A stretch of 64,000 nt of DNA, from positions 352,001 through 416,000 of the forward strand of contig CAVRZA010000002.1 in NCBI GenBank assembly GCA_963725665.1, written 5' to 3'. The position numbers were made by a program, and so were the translations under genes. The stretch is from an uncultured Actinomycetes bacterium. GTDB lineage: Bacteria > Actinomycetota > Thermoleophilia > UBA2241. The notes beneath the pieces were generated by a model that was not told the DNA's origin, did not search any database, and saw nothing but the letters and a program-made list of their open reading frames with translations. Positions 1 through 9,198 of the stretch are shown here, piece by piece. Position 1 is the first letter of the stretch. Every line of letters starts with the position of its first letter.

Positions 1-2
1 CC

Positions 3-527
3 CCGGTCGCCGCCGTCGAGGACGCCATCGCGCTCGGCGGCCTCTCGGCGACCAAGGCGCCGCGCATCAAGGCGATCCTGGCGGCCATCAGCGAGCGCCG
101 CGGCGAGCCCGATCTGCGCGAGCTCGACGACCTGGACGACGCCGCGGCGCTCGCCTACCTGCAGCGGCTGCCCGGCGTCGGCCCCAAGACGGCGGCCTGC
201 GTCCTCTTGTTCGCGCTCGGGCGTCCCGCGATGCCGGTCGATACGCACGTGCACCGCGTGGCCGGCCGGCTGGGCCTGATCGTCCCCCGCGTGAGCGCCG
301 AGGACGCGCACGCGGTCCTCACCGCTCTTTCCGGCCCCGAGAACGTCTACCCGCTGCACGTCAACCTCGTGCGCCACGGCCGGGCCATCTGTCACGCGCG
401 GCGTCCCGAGTGTCGGCGCTGCCCGCTGCTGCGGGTTTGTCCTGCGGCGGAGGGCTTCCTGCGGGAGCGCGACGAACCGCAGGAGCGCCGACGCACCCCG
501 AGACGGGCGTCGTCGGCGCAGGGCTAG
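3..527 (+). CDS. nth: Endonuclease III family HhH-GPD DNA glycosylase (5'-partial)
   Basis: Open frame from the window edge with LPGVGPKTA helix-hairpin-helix, VDTHVHRV and C-terminal CHARRPECRRCPL..C [4Fe-4S] motif. Confidence 0.9.
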   Translation, partial: PVAAVEDAIALGGLSATKAPRIKAILAAISERRGEPDLRELDDLDDAAALAYLQRLPGVGPKTAACVLLFALGRPAMPVDTHVHRVAGRLGLIVPRVSAEDAHAVLTALSGPENVYPLHVNLVRHGRAICHARRPECRRCPLLRVCPAAEGFLRERDEPQERRRTPRRASSAQG

Positions 528-1561
528 AGGACGGGGGAGGCGGCGCTCGAGGCGGCTGAGCTCCGCCGGGCGGTGCGTGCGCCCCAGCTCCAGGAAAGCT
601 CGCTTGTGCAGGAGTGCTCGTTGAAGCCTTCGCTGCGATAGATGTGCTCGGCGTCGGGCGTATCGGAGTAGACGGTGAGCTTGACGCTGTTGAAGCCGAG
701 CTGACGCCCAGTGTCGATGGCCGCTCGCAGGAGCTGTCTGCCGAGCCCGCGCCCGCGGTATCTCGCCACCACCCCGAGCCGCGCGACGAAGTTCATTGCC
801 GTGCGTCCCTCGTAGTGACGTAGGACCTGTACGCAGCCGGCCAGGTCGCGGCCCTCGTAGAGGAACAGGGCGCCGTCGCGTATCAGCCACACGTCGCCGG
901 GCAGAGGGCGGAAGTTCTCGGGCATAGCCGGGATGAGCGACGGCGGCAGGAAGGCTTCGTTGAAGCGGGCCGCGATCTGACGCTCGTTGCCGGGGATGAT
1001 GTCGCGCACGAGGCGAAACCCTTCGGGGAAGCGCGGGCCCGGGTAATCGCGCGGTGGCGTGAAGACGAGGTAGCGGCAGCGCCGCACGCGGCTGAACCCT
1101 ATGTCCTCGAGGTGGGACTGCTCCGCCCGCATGGTACGGTCGTCGAGGAACGTGAACATGCCCTCGAGCGGGAGGTCGTCGCCGAGCAGCTTCTCCCTCG
1201 CGGTCTCGATGAGGGTGCGGATCGGGCCGGGACCCGGATACCGCGGCTCGACGTACAGCACCTCCATGTACGCCCGGCCGCCCGCCAGGTACTGCCGCTT
1301 GGTCGACATGAGCGAGACGCCGACCGCGCGATGGCGCCTCGTGAGCACTGTGATATCGCGCTCGGGGTGCGAGCCAGGGCCCAGGTATGCCGCGCGAAAC
1401 GAAGCGGCGCTGTACGGCACGACCGCCTCCGACAACGCGGCGCACGATCTGATCAGGCCGAGCACCTGGCCGAGCTTCGACTCCTCGAAGTCCCTCACGT
1501 GCAGGCCCTCGATCGTCTTCGCCGCGTCCCCTCTTCTGTGCCAGAGCATGGGCACCAGCAT
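524..1561 (-). CDS. Tandem-GNAT acetyltransferase (MshD-like fold)
   Basis: C-terminal VVARYRGRGLGRQLL acetyl-CoA motif A plus an N-terminal degenerate GNAT domain. Confidence 0.7.
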   Translation of the reverse strand: MLVPMLWHRRGDAAKTIEGLHVRDFEESKLGQVLGLIRSCAALSEAVVPYSAASFRAAYLGPGSHPERDITVLTRRHRAVGVSLMSTKRQYLAGGRAYMEVLYVEPRYPGPGPIRTLIETAREKLLGDDLPLEGMFTFLDDRTMRAEQSHLEDIGFSRVRRCRYLVFTPPRDYPGPRFPEGFRLVRDIIPGNERQIAARFNEAFLPPSLIPAMPENFRPLPGDVWLIRDGALFLYEGRDLAGCVQVLRHYEGRTAMNFVARLGVVARYRGRGLGRQLLRAAIDTGRQLGFNSVKLTVYSDTPDAEHIYRSEGFNEHSCTSELSWSWGARTARRSSAASSAASPVL

Positions 1562-1658
1562 ACTCCGCCGCCGATGTCTTGCACCCGTCGCGGACGAGGA
1601 GCGTCGCTGAACTGAGCGTTGCGAGTCCCACGACGATCATTACCCCCGGCGGGTATCG

Positions 1659-1723
1659 TTGACGTGGCGCACCTCGCGGCCCTATTCTAGACGAAAGTGG
1701 TGTTTCTGACTTTTTTTGTCAGA
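1659..1723 (+). promoter_or_regulatory. Sigma70-type promoter (TTGACG-18-TATTCT) followed by inverted repeat TCTGAC-N7-GTCAGA
   Basis: TTGACG 1659-1664, TATTCT 1683-1688, palindrome 1705-1723 in an AT-rich patch upstream of the DUF2318-ABC operon. Confidence 0.55.
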
Positions 1724-1803
1724 TTTGCCATCCACGGGCCCGCCTGCGGCGTCGACCAGGGCGAACGGCGTGTCGACAGGGCGCGCAGAGACTCACATGA
1801 CAT

Positions 1804-2472
1804 ATGAGCCGCCCGGCGTTCGCCGGGCACGGACGAAGGAGCACGAGGGTGGCCAAGCGCAGACAGCATCGCTCCGGCGGGGGTGCCCGGTCGGGTTCGG
1901 CAGCGTCGCGGCAGACGACGGTCTCCAGGAACTCGACGCGTGCGGGCGGCGGGTCAAGCGCACGAGAGCAGAAGCGTGCGCAGTTCACCGGCGACTCCTC
2001 GGCCGCCCGCTCCCGTCGTCCCCTCATCGTCGCCGCTGCCGCCGCAGTCGCCGTCCTGGCTGTTGCGGGCGCCCTGCTTCTGACCCGCGGAGGTGGCGGC
2101 TCGGAGTTCGCGCAGGCGAGCACCGCGCAGGGCAAGGTGGAGATCCCGCTCTCGCAAGTGACGGACGGCAAGGCGCACTTCTACACCTATGAGAGCGGCG
2201 GCACGAAGGTGAACTACTTCGTCCTGGAGAGCCCCGACGGCACCGTGCGCGCGGCCTTCGACGCTTGCGACGTCTGCTACCCGTACAAGAAGGGCTATCA
2301 CCAGAGCGGCGACTTCATGCAGTGCAACAACTGCGGTCGCCGCTTCCGCTCCGACCAGATCAACGTCCTCGAGGGTGGGTGCAACCCGGCTCCGCTCGAT
2401 CGCAAGGTGGTCGGCAGCCAGCTCGTCATCACGACGACCGACCTCGAGGCCGGAGCGCACTACTTCCTCTGA
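1804..2472 (+). CDS. Membrane-anchored DUF2318 (Fe-S/metal-binding) protein; true start may be downstream
   Basis: One TM segment, then DACDVC...CNNCG...GGCNP Cys pattern typical of DUF2318. Confidence 0.8.
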   Translation: MSRPAFAGHGRRSTRVAKRRQHRSGGGARSGSAASRQTTVSRNSTRAGGGSSAREQKRAQFTGDSSAARSRRPLIVAAAAAVAVLAVAGALLLTRGGGGSEFAQASTAQGKVEIPLSQVTDGKAHFYTYESGGTKVNYFVLESPDGTVRAAFDACDVCYPYKKGYHQSGDFMQCNNCGRRFRSDQINVLEGGCNPAPLDRKVVGSQLVITTTDLEAGAHYFL

Positions 2473-2506
2473 TCGGTCCTCCGGCGCATAGGCGGTCACT
2501 GGCGGC

Positions 2507-3664
2507 ATGAACCTGTTCTCGCTCGCCCTGAGCAACCTGCGACGGCGCAAGTCGCGCCTGCTCTTTCTGGTCGCCGGCCTCGTGGTCGGCATCGCCACCA
2601 TTGTGACCCTGCTGTCGCTGCAGAGAGCGCTGACCGTCGACGCGCAGAACAACCTCGAGAGCTACGGGGCGAACATAGTCGTCAGCCCCAAGAGCGACGA
2701 CCTGTCCCTGACCTACGGCGGCGTCGCCCTCGGCGGCGTCGCCCTTGCTCCTCGCGACCTGAGCATGAGGGACGTGGCGCGTATTCGCAGCATCCCCAAC
2801 CGCCGCAACGTGGCCATCGTGGCCCCCGAGCTGCTCGGGGTGACACACGTCGGCGGGCAAGAGGCCCTGCTCATGGGCGTCAAGCTCGACCAGGAGTTCA
2901 GGCTCAAGAAATGGTGGTCGATCGACGGGCGTGCCATTCAGAAGCCTGACGAGCTGGTCGCGGGCAGCGCGGTGGCGAAGCGGCTGGGTCTCGTCATGGG
3001 CGAGCCGGTCCAGGTGGGCGGAAGGTCGCTGACTCTCGTCGGCATCATCCGGGAGACTGGATCGCAGGACGACAACCTGCTGATCACCGACCTCGGCGTG
3101 GCCCAGGCGGTGCTGAACAAGCCCGGCAAGGCGACGATGGTCGAGGTGGCTGCCCTCTGCTCCAACTGTCCCATCGAGAAGATGGTCACGCAGATCTCGG
3201 GCATCTTCCCCGGCGCCAAGGTGTCTGCGGTCCAGCAGGTGGTAAAGGGCAGGATGCACGCCCTCGACCAGTTCCGCTCTTTCGGTCTTGCGCTCGCCGG
3301 CGTCGTCATCGCCATCGAAGCCCTGGTGGTCTTCATCACGGTCATGGGCTCGGTCACGGAGCGCACGCGCGAGATCGGCATCTTCAGGGCGCTCGGTTTC
3401 AGGCGCGGTCACGTCGTCGGTCTCATCCTCATCGAGGCCCTGGCCACCGCCGCGCTCGCCGGCGTGCTCGCCTACGTCGCGGGCATCGCCGTCACGGCCG
3501 TCCTCGTGCCCTTCCTGGCGCGCGGGCCAGTTGCCCTCGACTGGGAGCCGATGCTGCTCGGCGTGGCTGTCGCGCTCTCCCTCGTGGTGGGCGGTCTCGC
3601 GTCGCTCTACCCGGCGCTGCGGGCGAGCCACCTCGACCCGACCGAGGCGCTGCGCGCGCTCTAG
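2507..3664 (+). CDS. ABC transporter permease, MacB/FtsX family
   Basis: N-terminal TM, large extracytoplasmic domain with LCSNCP motif, ERTREIGIFRALG motif, ends LDPTEALRAL. Confidence 0.9.
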   Translation: MNLFSLALSNLRRRKSRLLFLVAGLVVGIATIVTLLSLQRALTVDAQNNLESYGANIVVSPKSDDLSLTYGGVALGGVALAPRDLSMRDVARIRSIPNRRNVAIVAPELLGVTHVGGQEALLMGVKLDQEFRLKKWWSIDGRAIQKPDELVAGSAVAKRLGLVMGEPVQVGGRSLTLVGIIRETGSQDDNLLITDLGVAQAVLNKPGKATMVEVAALCSNCPIEKMVTQISGIFPGAKVSAVQQVVKGRMHALDQFRSFGLALAGVVIAIEALVVFITVMGSVTERTREIGIFRALGFRRGHVVGLILIEALATAALAGVLAYVAGIAVTAVLVPFLARGPVALDWEPMLLGVAVALSLVVGGLASLYPALRASHLDPTEALRAL

Positions 3665-3668
3665 GACG

Positions 3669-4514
3669 ATGTCTGTGAGGAGCACGGTGCAAGGATCACG
3701 GGCCGAGACCGGCGATCTCGCTGCCGCCGAGGCCGGCGAGTCGATGGCACCGGCTGCCGCCGAGGCCGGCGAGTCGCCGGCGTTCGCCGGCGGCGAAGCA
3801 CGCGAGCCGATGCCGACGGTCAGCGTCGAGAGCGACCCACCGGCCTCGTTCATCGAGATCGCCGGTCTCGAGAAGGTCTACACGGGCGAGGCGGCGGTGC
3901 CCGTGCATGCTCTCAAGGGCATCGATCTGCGCGTCGACGAAGGGGCGTTCATCGGCGTCATGGGGCAGTCGGGGTCGGGCAAGAGCACCCTCCTGTCGAT
4001 CCTCGGCGGCCTCAGCCACCCCACGCGGGGGCGCGTGCTCGTCGACGGCATCGACCTCTACCGCCTGCCCGGAGAGCGTCTGGCCGACTTCAGGCGCGAG
4101 TACATCGGCTTCGTCTTCCAGGCGTTCAACCTGATCCCGTACTTGAACGCCGTCGAGAACGTGATGCTGCCTCTGAGCGTCAAGCGTCTGCCGCGCGGCG
4201 AGAAGCGCGAGCGAGCGCAGGAGGTGCTCACGCGCGTCGGCCTCTCGGCTCGCCTCGACCATCTTCCCAGTCAGCTTTCGGGGGGCGAGCAGGAGCGCGT
4301 GGCCATCGCCCGCGCCCTCGTCAACGAGCCGCCACTCGTCCTCGCCGATGAGCCCACCGGCAGCCTCGACACCGCGACGACGGCGGAGATCATGGAGCTA
4401 CTGCGGGAGCTCAATGAGGAGGGGCAGACGATGGTGATGGTGACCCACAACGCGGAGAACCGACGCTACTTCGATCGCACCGTCGTCCTGCGCGACGGGC
4501 TTCTCACCTCCTAA
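3669..4514 (+). CDS. ABC transporter ATP-binding protein (LolD/MacB type)
   Basis: Walker [19 protein letters not shown] signature, [10 protein letters not shown]; ATG at 3669 just after the permease stop. Confidence 0.92.
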   Translation: MSVRSTVQGSRAETGDLAAAEAGESMAPAAAEAGESPAFAGGEAREPMPTVSVESDPPASFIEIAGLEKVYTGEAAVPVHALKGIDLRVDEGAFIGVMGQSGSGKSTLLSILGGLSHPTRGRVLVDGIDLYRLPGERLADFRREYIGFVFQAFNLIPYLNAVENVMLPLSVKRLPRGEKRERAQEVLTRVGLSARLDHLPSQLSGGEQERVAIARALVNEPPLVLADEPTGSLDTATTAEIMELLRELNEEGQTMVMVTHNAENRRYFDRTVVLRDGLLTS

Positions 4515-4705
4515 CCGCCTGAGATCCCGGAGCCGCCTGGGAGAGGCCGGCGCAGTGGCTCAGCCGGATGACGCCCTTCTTCTACTCGGCGCTGCTCGCC
4601 CCGGCCAACCGCCTGGCAGGCGGCGGGCCAGCCGTCGCGCGTGGGGCCCTGACAGGGGCCGTGCCCGGGGATAGGCTTCGCGCAGGCGAACCGAGGAAGG
4701 CAGAG

Positions 4706-5137
4706 ATGATCGAGAGCGGGAGCGAGGCGACGAAGTACGTTGCGGCGCACATCGACGACATCCCCAACATCCCTTACGAGTGGGCGCCCGAGACGGAGTG
4801 GAAGCCGCTACGGCGTTTCTTCGGCATCGGCTCGTTCGGCACCAACCTCTTCCGGGCGGTCAAGGCGGGCGACGTGCTCACCGAGGACCACACCGAGGAC
4901 CCCGATTCGGGGACCAGGCACGAGGAGCTGTACCTCGTCGTGAGCGGCCACGCCACGTTCAAGGTCGACGATGAGGAGTTCGACGCGCCGGCGGGCACCT
5001 TTGTCTACGTTCCTGACCCGACCTCGGTACGCGGCGCGGTCGCGAGGGACGCGGGCACTGCCCTGCTCGCCGTCGGCGGCGAGCCCGGCGCCGTCTTCAG
5101 CCCGTCGGAATGGGACCGCGAGCCCCTGCCGGAGTGA
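4706..5137 (+). CDS. Cupin-domain protein
   Basis: HTE...HEELYLVVSGHATFKVDDEEFDAPAGTFVYV cupin motif; GAGGAAGG RBS before ATG 4706. Confidence 0.75.
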   Translation: MIESGSEATKYVAAHIDDIPNIPYEWAPETEWKPLRRFFGIGSFGTNLFRAVKAGDVLTEDHTEDPDSGTRHEELYLVVSGHATFKVDDEEFDAPAGTFVYVPDPTSVRGAVARDAGTALLAVGGEPGAVFSPSEWDREPLPE

Positions 5138-5148
5138 GGTGAGGGGAA

Positions 5149-5457
5149 GTGGCGACGGACGCCGGTATCGGCAGGCCCGAAGGGCCCGAGAAGGCGGATG
5201 ACGTCAGCGAGATAGGTCGCCCGGCGCCCGACCCCGCTACCGGCGCGAAACCATCGGCCGGTCTTGCCCCGGGCGGGGGTGCGGTGCGGGGGGACACGGA
5301 GGAGGGTTCGACCGCGCAGGCTTCACCGGCGAAACGTGAGTATCCGGCCCACAGCGACGGTGTCGTCTGCCGCTGTGCGGTGCACTGGAGAAGAGAGACG
5401 ATCGCGAGGGGCCTGAACCGTCTCTTCGCCGAGGGCGAAGAGACGTCGGACCCGTAG
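5149..5457 (+). CDS. Hypothetical protein
   Basis: GAGGGG RBS before GTG; low-complexity N-terminus with HSDGVVCRCAVHW near the C-terminus; no recognised family. Confidence 0.4.
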   Translation: MATDAGIGRPEGPEKADDVSEIGRPAPDPATGAKPSAGLAPGGGAVRGDTEEGSTAQASPAKREYPAHSDGVVCRCAVHWRRETIARGLNRLFAEGEETSDP

Positions 5458-5463
5458 ACCTCG

Positions 5464-5808
5464 CTAGACCTCGCTCATCACCTCGTCCTGGGTCAGGGCG
5501 ATGCTGACCTCTTTCGGGAGCGCCAGACCGGACGCGATGCGCAGCGCTTTGATGAGTGAGGCCGGAACCACGCAATCGGTGCACACGCGGGCCGTCCTGC
5601 CGGCGCCCAGGATCTCGCTCTCGCGTCGCGTGTCGATCTCGTGGTAGGCGTCGAAGCCCTCCTCGCGGGTGACCAGCTCCGCCAGGCGCTCGATGTTGGC
5701 GCAGGTGGTCTCCATGGCGAACGACACCTTGCGCGTGTCGGGCGTAGAGGCGTACGCGGTGGTCTTGTGCAGGCAGATCCCCGCCTCGATGTCGACACGA
5801 CCCTGCAC
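5464..5808 (-). CDS. DUF6951-like small Cys-containing protein
   Basis: AAGGAG RBS then GTG; GIC...TTC...CTDCVVPASLIKALRIASGLALPKEVSI pattern resembles DUF6951. Confidence 0.65.
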   Translation of the reverse strand: MQGRVDIEAGICLHKTTAYASTPDTRKVSFAMETTCANIERLAELVTREEGFDAYHEIDTRRESEILGAGRTARVCTDCVVPASLIKALRIASGLALPKEVSIALTQDEVMSEV

Positions 5809-5941
5809 GGCGCACTCCTTCTGCTCGGTTCCTGGACTGATCGGCAGCAAAGATACCCCTGTGGGTATCCTCGTCAAGCGTTGCCTGGGAAGGCGGGCTG
5901 GCCGATAGCGAACGCCGACCGAGGATCGCCGCGCTGCGTGG

Positions 5942-5983
5942 AGGCGCCGGCGGCGAGGTGTAGGGACCTCGCCGCCGGCGCCT
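5942..5983 (-). terminator. GC-rich hairpin downstream of the USP gene
   Basis: AGGCGCCGGCGGCGAGGT / ACCTCGCCGCCGGCGCCT perfect 18-bp stem; no U-tract. Confidence 0.5.
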
Positions 5984-6008
5984 AACCAGCTTCTGACTTC
6001 GGGGAGGG

Positions 6009-6464
6009 CTACTCCTTGGCGGGAACCACCAGGACCGGCACGTGAGCCGTGTGCAGCAGCTCCTGGGTGGTGGAGCCGAGCACCGTGGTCGTCTCGGAGG
6101 CGCCGGCGCCTCGCGCGCCGACCACGATCATGTCGGCGTCGACGTCGCGTGCCACCGTGACCACGATCGAGGCCGGGTTCCCCCGGCTGCAGGCCGTGGC
6201 CGCTTCGATCCCGGCGGCCCGCGCCGTCTTGGCCGCCTCCTCAAGATCGTCGTTGATCTTCGTCTCCATCTCGTCCCAGAGCTTCTCCATTTCCATGGCC
6301 GACTTCCAGAGCGGCTCGTAGCCGAGCCAGCCCGGCCGCCGGTCGTGGCCACAGGTGATGACGATCTTGGTACCTTGCCTGCCTTCGGCAAGATCGATGG
6401 TCGCCTTCAGGGCGTCCTTCGCAGCCGTCGAGCCGTCGTAGCCCACGACGAAGGTGCTCGCCAT
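6009..6464 (-). CDS. Universal stress protein (UspA family)
   Basis: VVGYDGS start, IVVGARG...LGSTTQELLHTAHVPVLVV end. Confidence 0.9.
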   Translation of the reverse strand: MASTFVVGYDGSTAAKDALKATIDLAEGRQGTKIVITCGHDRRPGWLGYEPLWKSAMEMEKLWDEMETKINDDLEEAAKTARAAGIEAATACSRGNPASIVVTVARDVDADMIVVGARGAGASETTTVLGSTTQELLHTAHVPVLVVPAKE

Positions 6465-6613
6465 AGCTCGTCCCCCTCTCGCTTCGTTTGGCACCGACCG
6501 ACGGGCAGTCGGCCGAAGGAAGCCGGCCGGGGCCGCCTTCCTGAGTCAATGCGGGTGCGCGGCGCGACCGTGAGTCGCGCCGCGCACCCCTAGGAACAGG
6601 CCGCCAGCGGCCG

Positions 6614-8237
6614 TCAGCCCGTCTCGCGCACGCCGGCGAAGAACTCGGCGTGGTCGTCGACGGGAGCCGCGGCGATGGCGTCGAGCCTCTCTTGCGGTGG
6701 CGGCGCCGTGACTAGGGTCACGACGATGCACGTAACGACACCGGCGATGACACCCCAGACCGCGTAGCCGAGCGCGCTCGCCGCCAGCTGGGACGGCCAG
6801 TAGTCGAACTCGAGCACGTACTTCTCGACGAAGTAGCCGATGAAGGCCGTGAGGCCACCTACCAGCGAACCGGCGAAGGCACCGCGCAGGTTGGCGCGCT
6901 TCCAGAACATCGCGAACACCGGCACCGCCACGCCGGCCGATAGGACGCCGCTCGACAGATAGTAGGCGTCCCACAATCCCTTCGGCAGGAGGTCGATGCC
7001 GAACGCGAAGAGGATCATCAGGAAGCACACGATGAGCGACCAGGCACGGCTCCAGGCCATGATCTTGCTGTCGCTCCAACCGCGCTTGCGGTACACGAGC
7101 GGCTGCAGGACGTCGTAGCTGATGTTCATGGCGCAGACGTTGGTGAAGGTCGCCATCGTCGACATCGACAGCGCGGCCAGCATGGGGAACAGGATGATAG
7201 AGGGCCCAGATCGGGAACTCCTGGCTCAAGAAGATGGTCATGATCTGGTAGGCGTCGCCGCCGAGCACAGCATCGTAGGCCGTCTTCGGCGGGAAGACAA
7301 CGAGAGCCAAGAGACCGAAGATGCTCGGCAGGATGAGCACCCAGATGTAGTTGTAGATGAGGTTGGCCCAGATGCCCTTGCGCGCCGCCTTCGTGTCCTT
7401 GGCCGACTGCGCCTTGAGCCACCAGTCCTCCTCGATCACCCACCCGGGAAGCAGGGCGACGATGGAGATGAAGATATACGGCACCCCCAGCGGGATAAGG
7501 CTCCAGGCGCTATAGCCCTCTCCGCTACCGGGCGGCACGACCCTTTTCAAATAGTCGTACATGCTCACCCCGGAGGGCAGGTCGCGGTAGGCGACGACGA
7601 CCATGGCGACGGTGACCACGGTGACGAAGATGATCGCCATGAAGAACTGCAGCACGTTGGAGTTGATCACCGAGTGGAAGCCGCCCATCCACATGTAGAT
7701 GGCGATCGGGATGCTGAACGCGAGGTACATCACCCACGGTTGCACGCCGAACTCGGGGGCGACGATGTGGGCGATAGTCCACACCTCGGCCGCCGACCAG
7801 ATGATGAAGGTGAAGATGTTGAACGGGCTCACCAGCACGCGCAGCGGGAGTCCGAAGCGGTTCTGCAGCATCTGCGGCTGCGAGATCGCCTTGATCGATC
7901 GCACCTTGGGCACCAACGCGACCATGCAGAACAGGAGGATGGACCAGGGTATCACCATCACCCAGATCCCCCCGAGGCCGTACATGTAGGTGCTATAGAT
8001 CGCCCAGGTGATGAAGCCGATCAGCAGCCACCCGGCGGCGATGCTGCAGCCCACGAGCAGCGCGCTTGTCGACCGGCTGGCCACCCAGTAATCCTTCTGC
8101 TGATCGTCCGCAGACCTCTTTCGGAGCATGCGGTAGATGGACTGGCCTATCCACAGGATGACCACGAAGTAGGCGATCATCGCCACCCAGAACCAGATGG
8201 CATGGCTCCCAACGGTGTCGGTTGCGGCTGCAACCAT
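6614..8237 (-). pseudogene. Sodium:solute symporter (SSS) family transporter, split by one frameshift near 7198-7200
   Basis: N-part (DYWVASRS, SQPQMLQNRFG, YMWMGGFHSVINSNVLQ) reads to ...EFPIWAL. The C-part continues in another frame (IILFPMLAALSMSTMATFTN...FWKRANLRGA). Could be a true lesion or an assembly error. Confidence 0.8.
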
Positions 8238-8432
8238 AGCTCCCCCTTTCGTAGCGATCACAGAAACGACCGTCCGCGATTCGGCCTGCGCCCTGCCGTG
8301 CGGCCGGGTGCACCAGGCCGCTCTCGCGACTCAAATGCGTCACGTTCTGCCTGCGCCCCCTTTCCTTCCGCTGCGAACGGTTTCCTGGCCACCGACGCGG
8401 GCGCGCCCCCTTGCGCGCCTGCGTCCGGATTA

Positions 8433-8472
8433 GCCTGGCGGCCCGGCTCGCCGGCGAGCCGGGCCGCCAGGC
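8433..8472. repeat. Perfect 40-bp palindrome between the corrinoid gene and the symporter
   Basis: GCCTGGCGGCCCGGCTCGCCGGCGAGCCGGGCCGCCAGGC equals its own reverse complement. Confidence 0.9.
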
Positions 8473-8515
8473 GCTCACCGTCGAGCTCGCCGGCTGCACA
8501 GTGACCTCGACGGGT

Positions 8516-9154
8516 TCAGACCTTGACCCCGGCGAGCTCCTTGCACCGCTCGACACCGATCGACGCGTTCGGTCCGTAGCCGTCGGCACCGATCTCCTTG
8601 GCGTAGGCCTCGCTCACCGGGGCGCCACCGACGATGACCTTCACCTGGTCACGCAGGCCGGCTTCCTTGAGCGCGTTGATCGTCTCCGGCATCTTGGGGA
8701 TCGTCGTGGTGAGCAGGCCGCTCATGCCGAGGACGTCGGGCTTGTGCTCCTTCACGGCGGCCACGAAGTCGGCCGGTTTGATCCCCTTGCCCAGGTTGAT
8801 GACGTTGAAGCCGCCGCCCGCCAAGAGCATCGCCACGAGGTTCTTGCCGATGTCGTGCATGTCGCCCTCGACGGTGCCGATGACGACCGTGCCGATCGTC
8901 GCGCTCTCGCCGGCCGCCATGTGCGGCTTCACGAGGTCGAGGCAGGCCTGCATCGTCTCCGCGCTCAGAAGCACCTCGGGGATGAAGAACTCGCCGCTCT
9001 TCATGCGCTGGCCCACGACTTCCATGCCGGGCAACAGCGACTGGTCGAGGATGTCGCGCGCCGAGGCGCCGTCTGCCAGCATCTTCTCCGTCTGGGCCGT
9101 CGCGTGATCATCGCCGGCGATGATCATCTCTTTCAGCGTCTCGAAGTCTGCCAT
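8516..9154 (-). CDS. mttC: Methyltransferase cognate corrinoid protein (MttC-like)
   Basis: B12 cap domain (GEFFIPEVLLSA), DMHDIGKNLV (DxHxxG) and SGLLTTT, VGGAPV; directly downstream of mttB. Confidence 0.88.
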   Translation of the reverse strand: MADFETLKEMIIAGDDHATAQTEKMLADGASARDILDQSLLPGMEVVGQRMKSGEFFIPEVLLSAETMQACLDLVKPHMAAGESATIGTVVIGTVEGDMHDIGKNLVAMLLAGGGFNVINLGKGIKPADFVAAVKEHKPDVLGMSGLLTTTIPKMPETINALKEAGLRDQVKVIVGGAPVSEAYAKEIGADGYGPNASIGVERCKELAGVKV

Positions 9155-9198
9155 ATGCTCCCTTTCCTTCACGTCGCGTTTCCTGTCGAAGCCCGGGC

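Noticed and set aside
3720-3800. Short direct repeat GCTGCCGCCGAGGCCGGCGAGTCG in the ABC ATPase 5' end
   Set aside because: In-frame duplication in a low-complexity N-terminal linker (AAAEAGES); no sign of function
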